From a virus (Duplodnaviria > Caudoviricetes): a stretch of DNA of 51,229 nt. A program made the position numbers and the translations under genes. This document shows, in pieces, positions 34,319 to 45,036 of the stretch; position 1 is the first letter of the stretch; each line of letters begins with the position of its first letter. The stretch lies in IMG/VR virus record IMGVR_UViG_3300037419_001302, positions 1 to 51,229 of that record; one strand, given 5' to 3'. The notes beneath the pieces are model-generated. The model worked only from the letters and a program-made list of their open reading frames with translations, was not told where the DNA came from and ran no database searches.

Positions 34319-36854
34319 GGCAAACCCCTACTCGCCCTCCATCAATGCCGGCGAGATCAGCCCGCGGCTCCACGCCCGCACGGATTTCGTCAAGTATCCG
34401 AACGCGCTGGAAATCTGCCAAAACCTGATCCCGCTGGCGGAGGGTGGCGCGATGCGGCGCTCGGGATTCCGCTTCGTCAAGGAGATCAAATCCTCCGCTG
34501 TGAAGGGCAGGCTGAAGCGCTTCCTCTACTCGACGACCCAGGCTTACATGCTCGAGCTGGGCGCGGGAGTGATGCGCTTCTACAAGTCCCAGGCCCAGAT
34601 CACCGCCGCCAACATCACCGGGTCGATCTCAAACGGTACGTTCGCCACCGACCTCACGAGCTGGACCGACAAGGATTCCGGGGGAAGCGCCGCCTCGACG
34701 TGGAACTCAGGCGGCTACATGGACCTCCTCGGCGACGGGACCAATTACGCCTGGCGCCAGCAGACCGTCACGTCGATCACCAACGGAGCCGACTACACCC
34801 TGAAGTTCCGCATCTGCGGAGCCCCCGGCGATGTCGTCTATCTCCGGGTTGGAACGACTGACGGCGGCACCGAAACGATCAACGATCTCGCGTTCGAGGT
34901 CGGCTACCACTGCTACACGTTCACCGCCGGCGCGACCACGATCTATATCGGCTTCCGCAACAATGCGGCCAAGTCGCTTGGCGTCGATGACGTGAGCTTT
35001 ATCGACAATTCCGCGATAGAGATCGACACGCCCTATGCCGAGGGCGACCTCTACACGATCGAAGGCCCTCAGTCGGCCGACGTCCTCTACTTGTTCCATC
35101 CGAGCTACCCGGTGCACAAGCTGGAGCGGTTCGCGCATACCTCATGGTCGTTGGTCGAGGTGGCGTGGCAGGACGGCCCTTGGCTCGATATGAACGACAC
35201 CGGGACGACCCTCACGCCCGGGGCGACGTCGGGTCTCGGCGTTACGGCTACGGCATCGGCCGTCACCGGGATCAACGACGGGCAGGGGTTCTTGGCCACC
35301 GACATCGGCCGTCTGGTGCGGATCGACAACCCGGCTTCGGGAGTGAACTGGGGCTGGGGCATCATCGTCGGCCGCACGTCCTCAACGGTCGTCACGGTCG
35401 ATGTCAAGCGCGCCTTCGGAGCGACGACGGCGGATACACGGTGGCGCCTCGGCGCATGGTCAGCGACCACCGGCTATCCCGCCTGCGGCGCGTTCTTCGA
35501 GCAGCGGATGATCGCGGCAAATACCGGTGATCAGCCGCAGACCTTCTGGGCGTCGCAGACCGCCGATTTCGAGAACTTCTCTCCCGATAGCGCGAACGCC
35601 TCCGGCAATTGGGATGGCACGGTCGAGGACGACGACGGCTTCGATTACACCATCTCCGCCGACGACGTGCACGCGATCCGCTGGCTGTCGCCGGGTTCCG
35701 ACACCCTGATGATTGGCACGGTGGGCGGGCAGTGGACGCCATCCTCGACCGGGGCGGTTCTAACGCCGACGGACATCGTGGTGCGTCTCCAGACCAGCGA
35801 GGGTTGCGCTCAAGTGCAACCAATCCGGGTCGGCAACGTGGTTCTGTTCGTCCAGCGCGCAAAACGTAAGGTCAGGGAATCGTCCTTCGACTTCGCCACC
35901 AACGGCTACAAGGCCGAGGACATGACGCGGCTCGCCCAGCACATCACCAAGGGCGGCATTGTCGAGATGGCGTTCGCCGAGGAGCCCAACAGCCTGCTGT
36001 ATGCGGTGCGCTCCGATGGTGTGTTGCTGTCGATGACCTATCGCCGCGAGGAGGACGTCGTCGGCTGGAGCCGGCACATCGTCGGCGGGTCGTTCGGAAC
36101 CGGCAATGCGGTCGTGGAAAGCGTCTCCGTCATCCCCGGCGCCAACGGAACAGCGGATGGGCAGATTGCCGATTCGACCGATCGCGACGAGGTCTGGGCG
36201 ATCATCAAGCGCACCATCAACGGCTCGACCAAGCGTTACATCGAGGTCATGGAAGGCGATTTCGAAGGGCCGATCGCAGGTGACTATGAAACGACGGACG
36301 AGTGGAAAGCCGCCATGCTGGAGGCGCAGAAGGATGCCTACTTCGCCGACAGCCTGATCACCTACGACGGCACGGCGACGACGACGATTTCCGGCCTGGA
36401 TCATCTCGAGGGCCAGGTCGTGAAGGTGCTGGCCGACGGGGCGATCGCGTCCGACGCCACGGTGTCATCCGGCCAGATCACACTCGATTCGGAGGCCTCC
36501 AAGGTTCAGATCGGACTCGCCTATACCCATCGCGGCAAGACCCTGAAGATGGAGGCCGGGGCGGTGGCGGGCACAGCAGTCGGCAAGAAGAAGCGCATTC
36601 ACGGCGTGACCTTCGTGCTCCTCGATAGCCATGTGTTTTCGTTCAGCGATGGCGTCGGCACTGCCGAGGATCACGATTTCCGCGAGGTCGCGGACGCCAT
36701 GGATTCGGCCGCACCATTGTTCTCCGGCGAGAAGTATTACGAGTTCGCCGGCGATTGGGTCACCGATGCCCGGATCGTCTACGAGTCCGACGCCCCGGTC
36801 CCGTTCCACCTCTCGGCGCTGGCGCCGGAAGTGACGACGATCGATTTGAAATGA
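34311..36854 (+). CDS. Tail nozzle / tubular protein B (T7 gp12-like)
   Basis: NAGEISPRLHARTD..N.IPL..GG..RRSG, QSADV, GYP..FFEQR, GLDHLEGQ.V.VLADG. Confidence 0.9.
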   Translation: MTRANPYSPSINAGEISPRLHARTDFVKYPNALEICQNLIPLAEGGAMRRSGFRFVKEIKSSAVKGRLKRFLYSTTQAYMLELGAGVMRFYKSQAQITAANITGSISNGTFATDLTSWTDKDSGGSAASTWNSGGYMDLLGDGTNYAWRQQTVTSITNGADYTLKFRICGAPGDVVYLRVGTTDGGTETINDLAFEVGYHCYTFTAGATTIYIGFRNNAAKSLGVDDVSFIDNSAIEIDTPYAEGDLYTIEGPQSADVLYLFHPSYPVHKLERFAHTSWSLVEVAWQDGPWLDMNDTGTTLTPGATSGLGVTATASAVTGINDGQGFLATDIGRLVRIDNPASGVNWGWGIIVGRTSSTVVTVDVKRAFGATTADTRWRLGAWSATTGYPACGAFFEQRMIAANTGDQPQTFWASQTADFENFSPDSANASGNWDGTVEDDDGFDYTISADDVHAIRWLSPGSDTLMIGTVGGQWTPSSTGAVLTPTDIVVRLQTSEGCAQVQPIRVGNVVLFVQRAKRKVRESSFDFATNGYKAEDMTRLAQHITKGGIVEMAFAEEPNSLLYAVRSDGVLLSMTYRREEDVVGWSRHIVGGSFGTGNAVVESVSVIPGANGTADGQIADSTDRDEVWAIIKRTINGSTKRYIEVMEGDFEGPIAGDYETTDEWKAAMLEAQKDAYFADSLITYDGTATTTISGLDHLEGQVVKVLADGAIASDATVSSGQITLDSEASKVQIGLAYTHRGKTLKMEAGAVAGTAVGKKKRIHGVTFVLLDSHVFSFSDGVGTAEDHDFREVADAMDSAAPLFSGEKYYEFAGDWVTDARIVYESDAPVPFHLSALAPEVTTIDLK

Positions 36855-37396
36855 GACACTTCGAGAAGCTCGCCGAATACGACGTCGACGCAGTCGAGCG
36901 CCAGCTCGACGAAAACCCCGGGCTCTGGAATGTGCATAGCCAGAGAACGGAGAACGACGTGTTCTTCGGCACGTCCGACATCTGGGTTCGCTTCCGCGAC
37001 CCGAGCGAATTGATCGAACCAAAGAGCTTTTCCGAGCTGCACTTCCCGGTCTGGTATCCGGCGTGGGATCGATTGCCGGCGCTGCGGCCGATCGTCTTCG
37101 ACCTGATGGCGACGGTAGAGGCCACGCATCTGGGCGGGATTCTCATCACCCGGATCCCCCCGCATGGCCGGATCAAGACCCACCACGACCGCGGCGGCTG
37201 GCATGCCGAGTTCTACACCCGGAAGGTCTACGTGCCCCTAAAGGCCAATCCGCAGTGCGTGAACATCTGCGAAGACGAGCGCGTAGTGATGGATCGGGGC
37301 GAGGCGTGGTGGTTCAACAATCTCGTCGACCACAGCGTGGTGAACGACGGCGATACCGAGCGGCAGACGTTGATCGTATGTATGAGGGCGGAATGA
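36851..37396 (+). CDS. Asp/Asn beta-hydroxylase-family 2OG-Fe(II) oxygenase
   Basis: I..HxD (HHD), YVPL, GEAWWFNNLVDHSVVN..ER..LIV. Confidence 0.85.
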   Translation: MRHFEKLAEYDVDAVERQLDENPGLWNVHSQRTENDVFFGTSDIWVRFRDPSELIEPKSFSELHFPVWYPAWDRLPALRPIVFDLMATVEATHLGGILITRIPPHGRIKTHHDRGGWHAEFYTRKVYVPLKANPQCVNICEDERVVMDRGEAWWFNNLVDHSVVNDGDTERQTLIVCMRAE

Positions 37397-37752
37397 ACGA
37401 TCTCCCAAATCTCGTGCTTGCCACCGAGCAGCCCCCCGACGACGTCGAGTTCCACACGATCGACAGCGTTTTCATCAAGCAGATGCGGATCGCAAAGGCG
37501 GGGACATTCATCCCGCAGCACAGCCACGTCTACGAGCACGCCTCGATGCTCGCCAAGGGAAGCGTGCGGGTCTACGAGGACGGAAAGATGACCGGAGAGC
37601 ACAGCGCTCCGACGTGTCTCAGCATCAAGGCCGGGGTCAAGCACACCTTCGAGTCCCTTGAGGACGACACGATCATATACTGCATTCACAACCTCATGCG
37701 TTCCGAGATCGTCGAGATTTTGGAAGAGCACCAACTCGTAGGGGGCCGCTGA
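37393..37752 (+). CDS. Cupin-domain protein
   Basis: IPQHSHVYEHASMLAKGSV..IKAGVKHTFESLED. Confidence 0.85.
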   Translation: MNDLPNLVLATEQPPDDVEFHTIDSVFIKQMRIAKAGTFIPQHSHVYEHASMLAKGSVRVYEDGKMTGEHSAPTCLSIKAGVKHTFESLEDDTIIYCIHNLMRSEIVEILEEHQLVGGR

Positions 37753-38252
37753 TGCCCTGGGGGTTCGCCGCCGCCGCCGTCGCGGCCGCTGGGACGATCT
37801 ACGCGGGGATGCAGGCCAACCAGCAGGCCAAGACCCAGGCCAACATCCTCAACCAGCAGGCCGATCGGGAACGCCAGCAGGCGGCTGAGAACGAGGCCGA
37901 GTTCCGCGACCAGCAGGCCCGGGCCGAGGCCACGCGCCGCGCCATCCTTGGCGGGTCAGGGGTGCGTCTCGACACCGGGTCTCCCTTGCTAGCCTCGGAG
38001 GACTTCGCCGGTGACGTCGAGCTTCAAGCCTTAAAGATCAGGAACGGCGGCGATGTCACGGCGACACGGCTTCAGCAGAGCGCCGCGCTCACCCGCGCGC
38101 AGGGCAGCGCACTCCAGACTGGGAGTTATTTCCGCGCCGGCTCGCTTCTGATCGCGGGCGGCGGCAAGTCGGGCTTCTTCGACAAATCGCCCACGTCCAC
38201 CGCGAACATTTCCTGGAATCAATATGTTGACCCAGCCTCGGTGAGGGATTGA
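37752..38252 (+). CDS. Internal virion / ejection protein (T7 gp14-like)
   Basis: Hydrophobic Ala-rich N-terminus, Q/A-rich helix, GGSGV..GSP. Confidence 0.8.
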   Translation: MPWGFAAAAVAAAGTIYAGMQANQQAKTQANILNQQADRERQQAAENEAEFRDQQARAEATRRAILGGSGVRLDTGSPLLASEDFAGDVELQALKIRNGGDVTATRLQQSAALTRAQGSALQTGSYFRAGSLLIAGGGKSGFFDKSPTSTANISWNQYVDPASVRD

Positions 38253-40366
38253 TGGCCATTACCCTCCCGACTCCTGTTCGCAACGACGGCGGCGATCCGG
38301 GGCGGCGCAACGCGCGCACGCCAACCGCGGCGGATGTGCCGACAGTCGCCATCCAGCGCGATCCCGGCGTGGCGTTCGGCCGCGATTCCCTCACCAATGC
38401 CCAGGCGGTCGGCAAGGGAATCGCCAATATCGGCGACAAGCTGTTCGACGTCGCCGAGCGGCAGAAGAAGCTCGAGGACGCGACCCAGACCACCGATGCC
38501 CAGACGGCGTTCGATCAGGCCGGGATGGACGAGTTCCGCCGCCGGCAGACCGAGGGCGACCCGTCCGACCCGAATTTCATGTCCGACTTCCGCTCCTTCC
38601 TCGACGGCAAGCGGGACGAAATTCTCGGCCCCCTCCAGGGCAAGGTGTCGCCGGAAGCCTACGAGCGCATCCGCGCCCGGATCGGCACCCAGAGCCAGGC
38701 GATGTCCGATGCCGCGGGGAGAGTCCAGCTCGACGCGGTCGAGAAGAAGGCCTTGGGCCAGATCGACGATCGCATCAACACCTGGTCGGCGCAGGCGTCG
38801 CGCGACCCGGCATTCCTCGACACCTTCCTCGGCATGGCCGACGAGGGGCTCGCGGACTATTCCGGGGCGCTTCGGCCGGATCAGGAGAAGGCCGCACGAG
38901 ACAAGGCGCGCAGCAGCATCATCGTCAACGCGTTCTCGGGTCTCGTCGGGCAGAAGAAGTTCGCCGATGCCGAGAAAATCCTTGGGGATGATCGCTTCAA
39001 CGAAGACATCAAGCCGGAAACCCGCCGGTCGATGATGACCGTGCTCGACAACGGACGGAAGGTGGCTCAATCGGAGCTCAGGGCCGATGTGAAGCTACAG
39101 CTTGAGGACGAGGTCGCCTCCATCCGCGAAACGGGGGCGGGAATCGGCCTCAGCCGTGACCGCATCGTGGCTGCCTATGGCGACAAGGCGCCGCGCATCC
39201 TCAAGGCGCTCGACGACGAAAAGACCTTCTATCAGCAGCGGACCTCGATCGCGCTCAATTCCCCGGACGAGGACGCGGCCCTCCTGCGATCCCTCCAGCC
39301 GTCCGGGGACGGGTTCAAGGTCGAGGCGGAGCGCCGCGACCTGGCCATCAAGGCCATCACCCAGAAATACGCAGCCTTGGAGAAGGACCCGGTCGCCTAC
39401 GTCATGTCGTCGTCGGACGACGTTCGCGACGCCTATGCCAAGGCGCAGAACGACCCTGCGGCTTTGCGCCGGGCCGTGGCGATGTCGGAATCGGCCCAGG
39501 AGCATCTCGGAGTCCCGGAACATCTTCGCCGGGCCCTGTCGGATGATCAGGCGAAGAGCATGGTGGCGACGATCACCAAGGTCGCGCCGGAGACCGCGGC
39601 GGATGCGATCCAGTCCCTGGCCACGCAGTACGGCGACCAGCTCTGGCCCCAGGTCTACCGCGATCTCGTGAAGGCGAAGCTCCCGCCCGAATACAGCGTC
39701 CTGGCGACCACGGACAATCCCGTTGCGCGGAAGTCACTGGCCGAAGCCCTGAAGGTGGAGGCGAACGACAAGGGGGCCCTGCGCCGAGGACTGGCCAAGC
39801 CCGATGCTCAGTCCGTCGACGACAGCGTGGCCGACGGCATGGAGGCGTTTCGATCCTCGCTCGCCTACGCCCCGAACGGAGCGGAGATTGCCGACCGCTA
39901 CCAGAAGTCGGCAAGCCTCCTCGCCTACCGCTACGCCGCGACCATGGGCCCTGCGGATGCGGCCCGCCGTGCTGTTTCCGACCTCATCGGCGACAAGTAC
40001 GACTTCGTTCAGGACGACAGCCACAACGCGCGGGTTCCGCGCGGACAGGGCGCCATCGTCGAGGGTGCGGCCGATCAAATCCTCGGCAGTCTGAAGGCCG
40101 ACGATCTTCCCGATCCCGGCGGTGGTCCCGATCTCTCGCCGGAGCGCCGCAAGGAGATTGCCCTTTCCGCCGCCCGCCGCGGGACCTGGGTCACAAACGA
40201 GACCGACGACGGCTGGCTCCTCCTCGATGTGAACCAGCAGCCGGTCCTGAAAAAGGACGGCTCACGGGTCACATTCAAGTTCGCCGATGCTCCGTCTTAT
40301 CGTTCGACGAGCGATTCGGGCTACATCTCCGATCCCAATACCGGTCAGTTGATCCAGGTGCGCTGA
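38252..40366 (+). CDS. Internal virion / ejection protein
   Basis: Large helical protein at the expected position. Confidence 0.75.
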   Translation: MAITLPTPVRNDGGDPGRRNARTPTAADVPTVAIQRDPGVAFGRDSLTNAQAVGKGIANIGDKLFDVAERQKKLEDATQTTDAQTAFDQAGMDEFRRRQTEGDPSDPNFMSDFRSFLDGKRDEILGPLQGKVSPEAYERIRARIGTQSQAMSDAAGRVQLDAVEKKALGQIDDRINTWSAQASRDPAFLDTFLGMADEGLADYSGALRPDQEKAARDKARSSIIVNAFSGLVGQKKFADAEKILGDDRFNEDIKPETRRSMMTVLDNGRKVAQSELRADVKLQLEDEVASIRETGAGIGLSRDRIVAAYGDKAPRILKALDDEKTFYQQRTSIALNSPDEDAALLRSLQPSGDGFKVEAERRDLAIKAITQKYAALEKDPVAYVMSSSDDVRDAYAKAQNDPAALRRAVAMSESAQEHLGVPEHLRRALSDDQAKSMVATITKVAPETAADAIQSLATQYGDQLWPQVYRDLVKAKLPPEYSVLATTDNPVARKSLAEALKVEANDKGALRRGLAKPDAQSVDDSVADGMEAFRSSLAYAPNGAEIADRYQKSASLLAYRYAATMGPADAARRAVSDLIGDKYDFVQDDSHNARVPRGQGAIVEGAADQILGSLKADDLPDPGGGPDLSPERRKEIALSAARRGTWVTNETDDGWLLLDVNQQPVLKKDGSRVTFKFADAPSYRSTSDSGYISDPNTGQLIQVR

Positions 40367-42285
40367 TGGCCGGGATCATCACCGACCCGATCGAGACCAA
40401 CCGGGCGCTGGCCGGGCAGGGTGTCGATGCGATCCCGTCTTCGACGGGCGAGGTTGCCGGAGCCACATTCGAGGAAAGCCTTGTCCGCAATCCGACCGCG
40501 AGCCTGGGACGGGAAGCGTTCCGATCCAGTGAAACCGCGCTCGCCCAAGGTCTCCAAGACGACAGCCTCCGGCCCGAAGGCGCTTTCCTCCGTGACACCA
40601 ACACAGGGCGCCTGATCGATCCTCGACTGCGCGGCGATGTTCCGCAGCCGAAGATGCTTTCGGCCGACGAGGCCAACGATCGCTTCGGGATCGATGGGAA
40701 GCTGACCTTCGACGCGCCGGTGGCCGACACCGTTGCCGAGCAGTTGAATCGCCTGAAGCGGGACGAGCTGCAACGTGCGGATGTTCTCCGCAGGGCGCAG
40801 GGCGGGGTCGGTCAGTTCGTCGCAGCGACGGGCGCTGGGCTCCTCGCCTCTGCCCTCGATCCGCTGAACGTCGCCTCGGCTTTCATTCCGGTGGTTGGCG
40901 AGGCCCGTTACGCCTCCATGCTGGCCCGGGCCGGATCGGCCGTCGGAAGGCTTGGAGTTCGTCTGCGCGTCGGCGCCGTGGAGGGTGCGGCAGGTGCTGC
41001 GATGGTCGAGCCGTTCGTCCTCCACACCGCCCGGCAGGAACAGGCTGATTACGACGCCACCGACAGCCTTCTGAACATCGCCTTCGGGTCTGTAATTGGC
41101 GCCGGGCTTCATGGCGCCGCGGGCGCTGTGCGGGATCGTCTGTTCGGGTTCTCACGCGCCGTCGAGGACTTGCCTCCCGTTGACCGCGAGAACGCGCTCC
41201 GGAGCGCTATTGCGCAAATCACGGAAGGCCGGCCGGTCGATGTCGGGGCGTATTTCCTCCGGCAGGAATTGATGTCCGGAACGGCGCTGGGCGGTCTCCC
41301 GCGAGCGGGAACCGATGTAGAGCGCGCGCTTCAGCGGGGCGTAGAAACGGCGTCCACCGAGCCCTCCGTCCGAACGGCGGCCCCTGTCTTTGTGCCGATG
41401 CCCGACCGGGTCTCCGGCTTCACACGATACGATTCGGCGGAGGAGGCGGGCCGGGTCGCCGCTCGATTGGAGCGCCGGACCGGTGAAGCGGTTGACGTAC
41501 GAGAGACCCCAGAAGGCTTCGTCCTGGTTCGCCAGACGGTCATCGAGCCGGTGCGCAACCCCGACGGAACCCCGCTGCTCCTCAATACCGAGCGCCAGGC
41601 CCAACGCTATGTCGCGCAGCAGCTTAAGGGGGAGGCGGTCGATATTGTACGAGTGGGCAAAACCGGTGAGCGCGGGTTCGCGCTGCTGAAGAATGCCACT
41701 CCGGACGATCTCAAGGCGATCCGGGCGGAGCCGTCGCTGGTCGATCTCGGCCAAGCCCCCGATCACTCGGCGGCGGGCATGGTCAGCGCCCAACAGGCCA
41801 AGGCAGCAGAAGTCCGCGCCGGAGCAAGAGCGGACCTCTCTCGCAAGGTCTCCGACATCGTCCGTCAGAGCGTCGCCGGCTACATCGATCCCCGGGATGC
41901 CGAAGCCGCCGCGGCGATCCTGCGGGTCGCGAGAAGGGCCGGTGACACGCGGAGCAATGCGGAGGACATTCGCTGGACGGCCGCCAGCGCCCCTCAGGGT
42001 TTAGACCGCAGCAAAGCAGGCCCTGTTGACGCCGGAACGACCGTCCAGGGCGAGAAAGTAGGGCAGCCGGCGCCGGAGGGCAATGCCGCCCCCGGCCGCA
42101 CCGTGACCTCCAAGGCCATCTCCAATGCCCAAGCCATGCTTGACGCGGACATGCAAAGGCTGGACGCTGCCCATACTCTCGGCGAGGTGCCGGAGCTTCG
42201 GGAAGCCGACGAGATGATCCAGAAAGCCGATGCGCTCGGCCGGGCGTTCGACGTCGCCGCCTCCTGCGTCGCTGGGCGCGCATGA
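40366..42285 (+). CDS. Internal virion / ejection protein
   Basis: ALDPLNVASAFIPVVG and Gly/Ala-rich membrane-like helices; ends AASCV. Confidence 0.75.
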   Translation: MAGIITDPIETNRALAGQGVDAIPSSTGEVAGATFEESLVRNPTASLGREAFRSSETALAQGLQDDSLRPEGAFLRDTNTGRLIDPRLRGDVPQPKMLSADEANDRFGIDGKLTFDAPVADTVAEQLNRLKRDELQRADVLRRAQGGVGQFVAATGAGLLASALDPLNVASAFIPVVGEARYASMLARAGSAVGRLGVRLRVGAVEGAAGAAMVEPFVLHTARQEQADYDATDSLLNIAFGSVIGAGLHGAAGAVRDRLFGFSRAVEDLPPVDRENALRSAIAQITEGRPVDVGAYFLRQELMSGTALGGLPRAGTDVERALQRGVETASTEPSVRTAAPVFVPMPDRVSGFTRYDSAEEAGRVAARLERRTGEAVDVRETPEGFVLVRQTVIEPVRNPDGTPLLLNTERQAQRYVAQQLKGEAVDIVRVGKTGERGFALLKNATPDDLKAIRAEPSLVDLGQAPDHSAAGMVSAQQAKAAEVRAGARADLSRKVSDIVRQSVAGYIDPRDAEAAAAILRVARRAGDTRSNAEDIRWTAASAPQGLDRSKAGPVDAGTTVQGEKVGQPAPEGNAAPGRTVTSKAISNAQAMLDADMQRLDAAHTLGEVPELREADEMIQKADALGRAFDVAASCVAGRA

Positions 42286-42473
42286 AGATCGTCCTCTGTC
42301 TCACGCTGAGCATCTGCATCACGGCTTTGGGCGGTGCGGTTGTCACGCGCCTTGAGGGCTACCTGGGCACCGCCCCGGACATCGTGACGATCCCGGTGCT
42401 GTCCGTTCTCTTCTTCGGCACCATCGCCCTGGTCTGGGCGCCCTGGTATTTCATCTTCATCCGCGAGCGCTGA
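42282..42473 (+). CDS. Small 2-TM membrane protein inserted between ejection genes
   Basis: Two hydrophobic segments; ATGA coupling. Confidence 0.65.
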   Translation: MKIVLCLTLSICITALGGAVVTRLEGYLGTAPDIVTIPVLSVLFFGTIALVWAPWYFIFIRER

Positions 42474-42477
42474 TCCC

Positions 42478-44979
42478 ATGGCATTTGAAGCGTGCCTCTC
42501 CGCCATCCAACAGGCGGCGGGCGGAGCTTTGTCGGATGACGACCTCGACGCCATCCTCACCGACATCGTCCGGCGCCGTCGTCTGCGCGAAGGGCTGCAT
42601 CCGCTCGAGGGCGATGAAGCGGCCTTTGCCGCCGTCGCGCGTGAGATGGCCGAGGAAGAGAAAATCGCCGCCATCACCGAGAAGCGAAACCGGGTCAAGA
42701 ACATCCTCGCCCAGAAGAAGCGCGCCACCTTCTACGACGCCAATGCGGGCAAGGAAGCGTTCGCGATCTCCGCCCTTAACGTCGGCTCGGAACGCAAGGG
42801 CGAGAATTTCGCCCGCTCCACCTATGCCCTGAAACTCGGCTACGAGCAGAAGCTGGTCGGCGGCCTGATCGCGGACCTTCGCCGGGCCGGCGTTCTCGAT
42901 GCCCTGGTGACGCGCGACGCGAATTTCGACCGCGACGTGGCGCGGGAACTATGGCGCCTGAACGACGGCGGTGGGGTTCCGTCCGAGATTTCCTCGCCGG
43001 AGGTGACCAACAAGTTCGCCCGCGATGCGGCGGAGATCATCCACCGCTATCAGGAATCCGCCCGGCAGATGCAGAACGACGCCGGGGCGTGGATCGGCAA
43101 GGAGGCGGGGTACATCGTGCGGCAATCGCACGACATGTTCCGCATCCGCAAGGCCGGGTTTGAGACCTGGCGCGATACCATCGTTCCTCTTCTCGACGAG
43201 CGGACCTTCAACGACGTCAAGGACCGAGACGACTTTCTCCGCAAGGTCTACGCCAACCTCGCCTCGGGCAATCACCTGAAGAGCGAAGGGGCTCAGGATG
43301 CGCTCGGCGGTTTCAAAGGGCCTGGCAACCTCGCCAAGCGCCTCTCCCAGGAGCGCGAGCTGCACTTCAAGGACGCGGACGCGTGGTTCGACTACAACGC
43401 GAAATTCGGATCGTCCTCGGTCCTTGAGGCTGTGTTCCACGGGCTCGAAAGAGCGGCCCGCAACACCTCCCTGATGGACGTTTGGGGCACCAATCCCGAG
43501 GCTGCGTTCCGTGCCGATCTCGACCGGCTGATCCTCAAGGCCAAGGAGCGAGGCGATATCAAGGCCGTGGACTCGCTGAACGGCTGGCGGATCAAGGCTG
43601 AGATGGACCAACTGACCGGGGCGGGGAACATCGCCGTCAACCCGAGCCTGGCGCAGAACGCGGCTGGTGTGCGGGCATTCGTCAGCATGGCGAAATTGGG
43701 CGGCGTTGTTCTCTCGTCCCTTCCCGATCTCGCCACTCGCGCCGCGACCCTACGACACAACGGCGTGGGGTTGCTGGAATCCTATGCCGGTGGGCTCAAG
43801 AGTCTGTTCGAGGGTCGGACCAAGGGCGAGACCCGCGAGATCGCCGATCTTCTGGCGGCGGGAGTAGACGGCCTGATGGGTCGCGTCCTCGATCGCTTCT
43901 CGGTCAACGATTCGCCAGCCGGCCAGATGTCGCGGCTGATGAACCACTTCTTCCGCGTCAATCTGCTGACGTGGTGGACCGACGCGCACACGACCGGGGT
44001 CGGGCTGATGCTCGCCCGCAACCTGGCGCGAAGCCGGGAGAAGGCCTTCGGCGAACTGCCCGAGCTCCTCCGCACTAATCTCACCCGCTATGGCATCGGT
44101 GAGAAGGAATGGAACGTTCTCCGCAGGGCCGACACCCGCGCCGCGGACGGGGTGCAATATCTCACCCCCGATATGCTAGCGAGCGTGGCCGACGATCAAC
44201 TCGACGGCCTCAGCCGGAAGGATCTGGAGAACTCGCTTCGCTCCTACTACGCCGAGCAGGTCGACGAGGCCCTGACCATCCCCGGCGCCCGGGAAATGGC
44301 GATCACCCGAATGGGTTCTCAACCGGGGACTCCGCTGGGCGAGGCGGTCCGGTTCTTCATGCAGTTCAAGACCTTCCCGGTGACGTTCGTGTCCCGGCAC
44401 CTGACCCGCGAGTTCCGGCGAGGGGGCGCAGCGGGAATCGCTCACCTCATCGTCGCCTCGACGATCCTGGGATATCTCAGCCAGTCGGCAAAGCAGGTGG
44501 CGAAGGGCCGCACTCCGCTCGATCCCACGTCTCTCGCGACGTGGACCTCGGCCATGCAGCAGGGCGGCGGGCTCGGCATCTACGGCGACTTCCTGTTCGG
44601 CGAATACAACCGCTTCGGCGGAGGACTGGCTGAAACGGTGGCCGGACCGGCGGTGGGCTCGGTGGGCGACTTCGCCCGCGTGCTCGGGGCTCTTCGTGGA
44701 TCGGCTGAGAACGCCGCCGTCGGCAAGGATGCGAAGATCGAGAATGCCGGGTCGCAGTTCGTTCGCGCCGTGATCGGCAACACGCCGTTCGCCAACCTCT
44801 TCTACACGCGCATGGCGCTCGATTACCTCGTGCTTTACCAGCTGCAGGAAAGTCTCAATCCGGGCTACCTCCGGCGCATGGAGCGCAGCGTCAAGAAGAA
44901 CGGCCAGGACTTCATCATCCGGCCCTCGCAAGCCATCCCGAGAGGCGGCGGAAGCCGTCTCTTCGAGGGCGTCCGCTAG
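42478..44979 (+). CDS. Large internal virion / ejection protein
   Basis: RELHFKDADAW..Y..FG, GTPLGEAVRFFMQFKTFP, QGGGLGIYGDFLF, PFANLFY..NPGYLRR. Confidence 0.85.
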   Translation: MAFEACLSAIQQAAGGALSDDDLDAILTDIVRRRRLREGLHPLEGDEAAFAAVAREMAEEEKIAAITEKRNRVKNILAQKKRATFYDANAGKEAFAISALNVGSERKGENFARSTYALKLGYEQKLVGGLIADLRRAGVLDALVTRDANFDRDVARELWRLNDGGGVPSEISSPEVTNKFARDAAEIIHRYQESARQMQNDAGAWIGKEAGYIVRQSHDMFRIRKAGFETWRDTIVPLLDERTFNDVKDRDDFLRKVYANLASGNHLKSEGAQDALGGFKGPGNLAKRLSQERELHFKDADAWFDYNAKFGSSSVLEAVFHGLERAARNTSLMDVWGTNPEAAFRADLDRLILKAKERGDIKAVDSLNGWRIKAEMDQLTGAGNIAVNPSLAQNAAGVRAFVSMAKLGGVVLSSLPDLATRAATLRHNGVGLLESYAGGLKSLFEGRTKGETREIADLLAAGVDGLMGRVLDRFSVNDSPAGQMSRLMNHFFRVNLLTWWTDAHTTGVGLMLARNLARSREKAFGELPELLRTNLTRYGIGEKEWNVLRRADTRAADGVQYLTPDMLASVADDQLDGLSRKDLENSLRSYYAEQVDEALTIPGAREMAITRMGSQPGTPLGEAVRFFMQFKTFPVTFVSRHLTREFRRGGAAGIAHLIVASTILGYLSQSAKQVAKGRTPLDPTSLATWTSAMQQGGGLGIYGDFLFGEYNRFGGGLAETVAGPAVGSVGDFARVLGALRGSAENAAVGKDAKIENAGSQFVRAVIGNTPFANLFYTRMALDYLVLYQLQESLNPGYLRRMERSVKKNGQDFIIRPSQAIPRGGGSRLFEGVR

Positions 44980-44996
44980 CCCCACCACCCGACCAC

Positions 44997-45024
44997 GCCC
45001 CCGCATCCGCGGGGGTTTCTTTTT
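44997..45024 (+). terminator. Intrinsic terminator before the tail fibre gene
   Basis: GCCCCCGC-ATCC-GCGGGGGT followed by TTCTTTTT. Confidence 0.75.
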
Positions 45025-45036
45025 GGAGCAAAGCCA

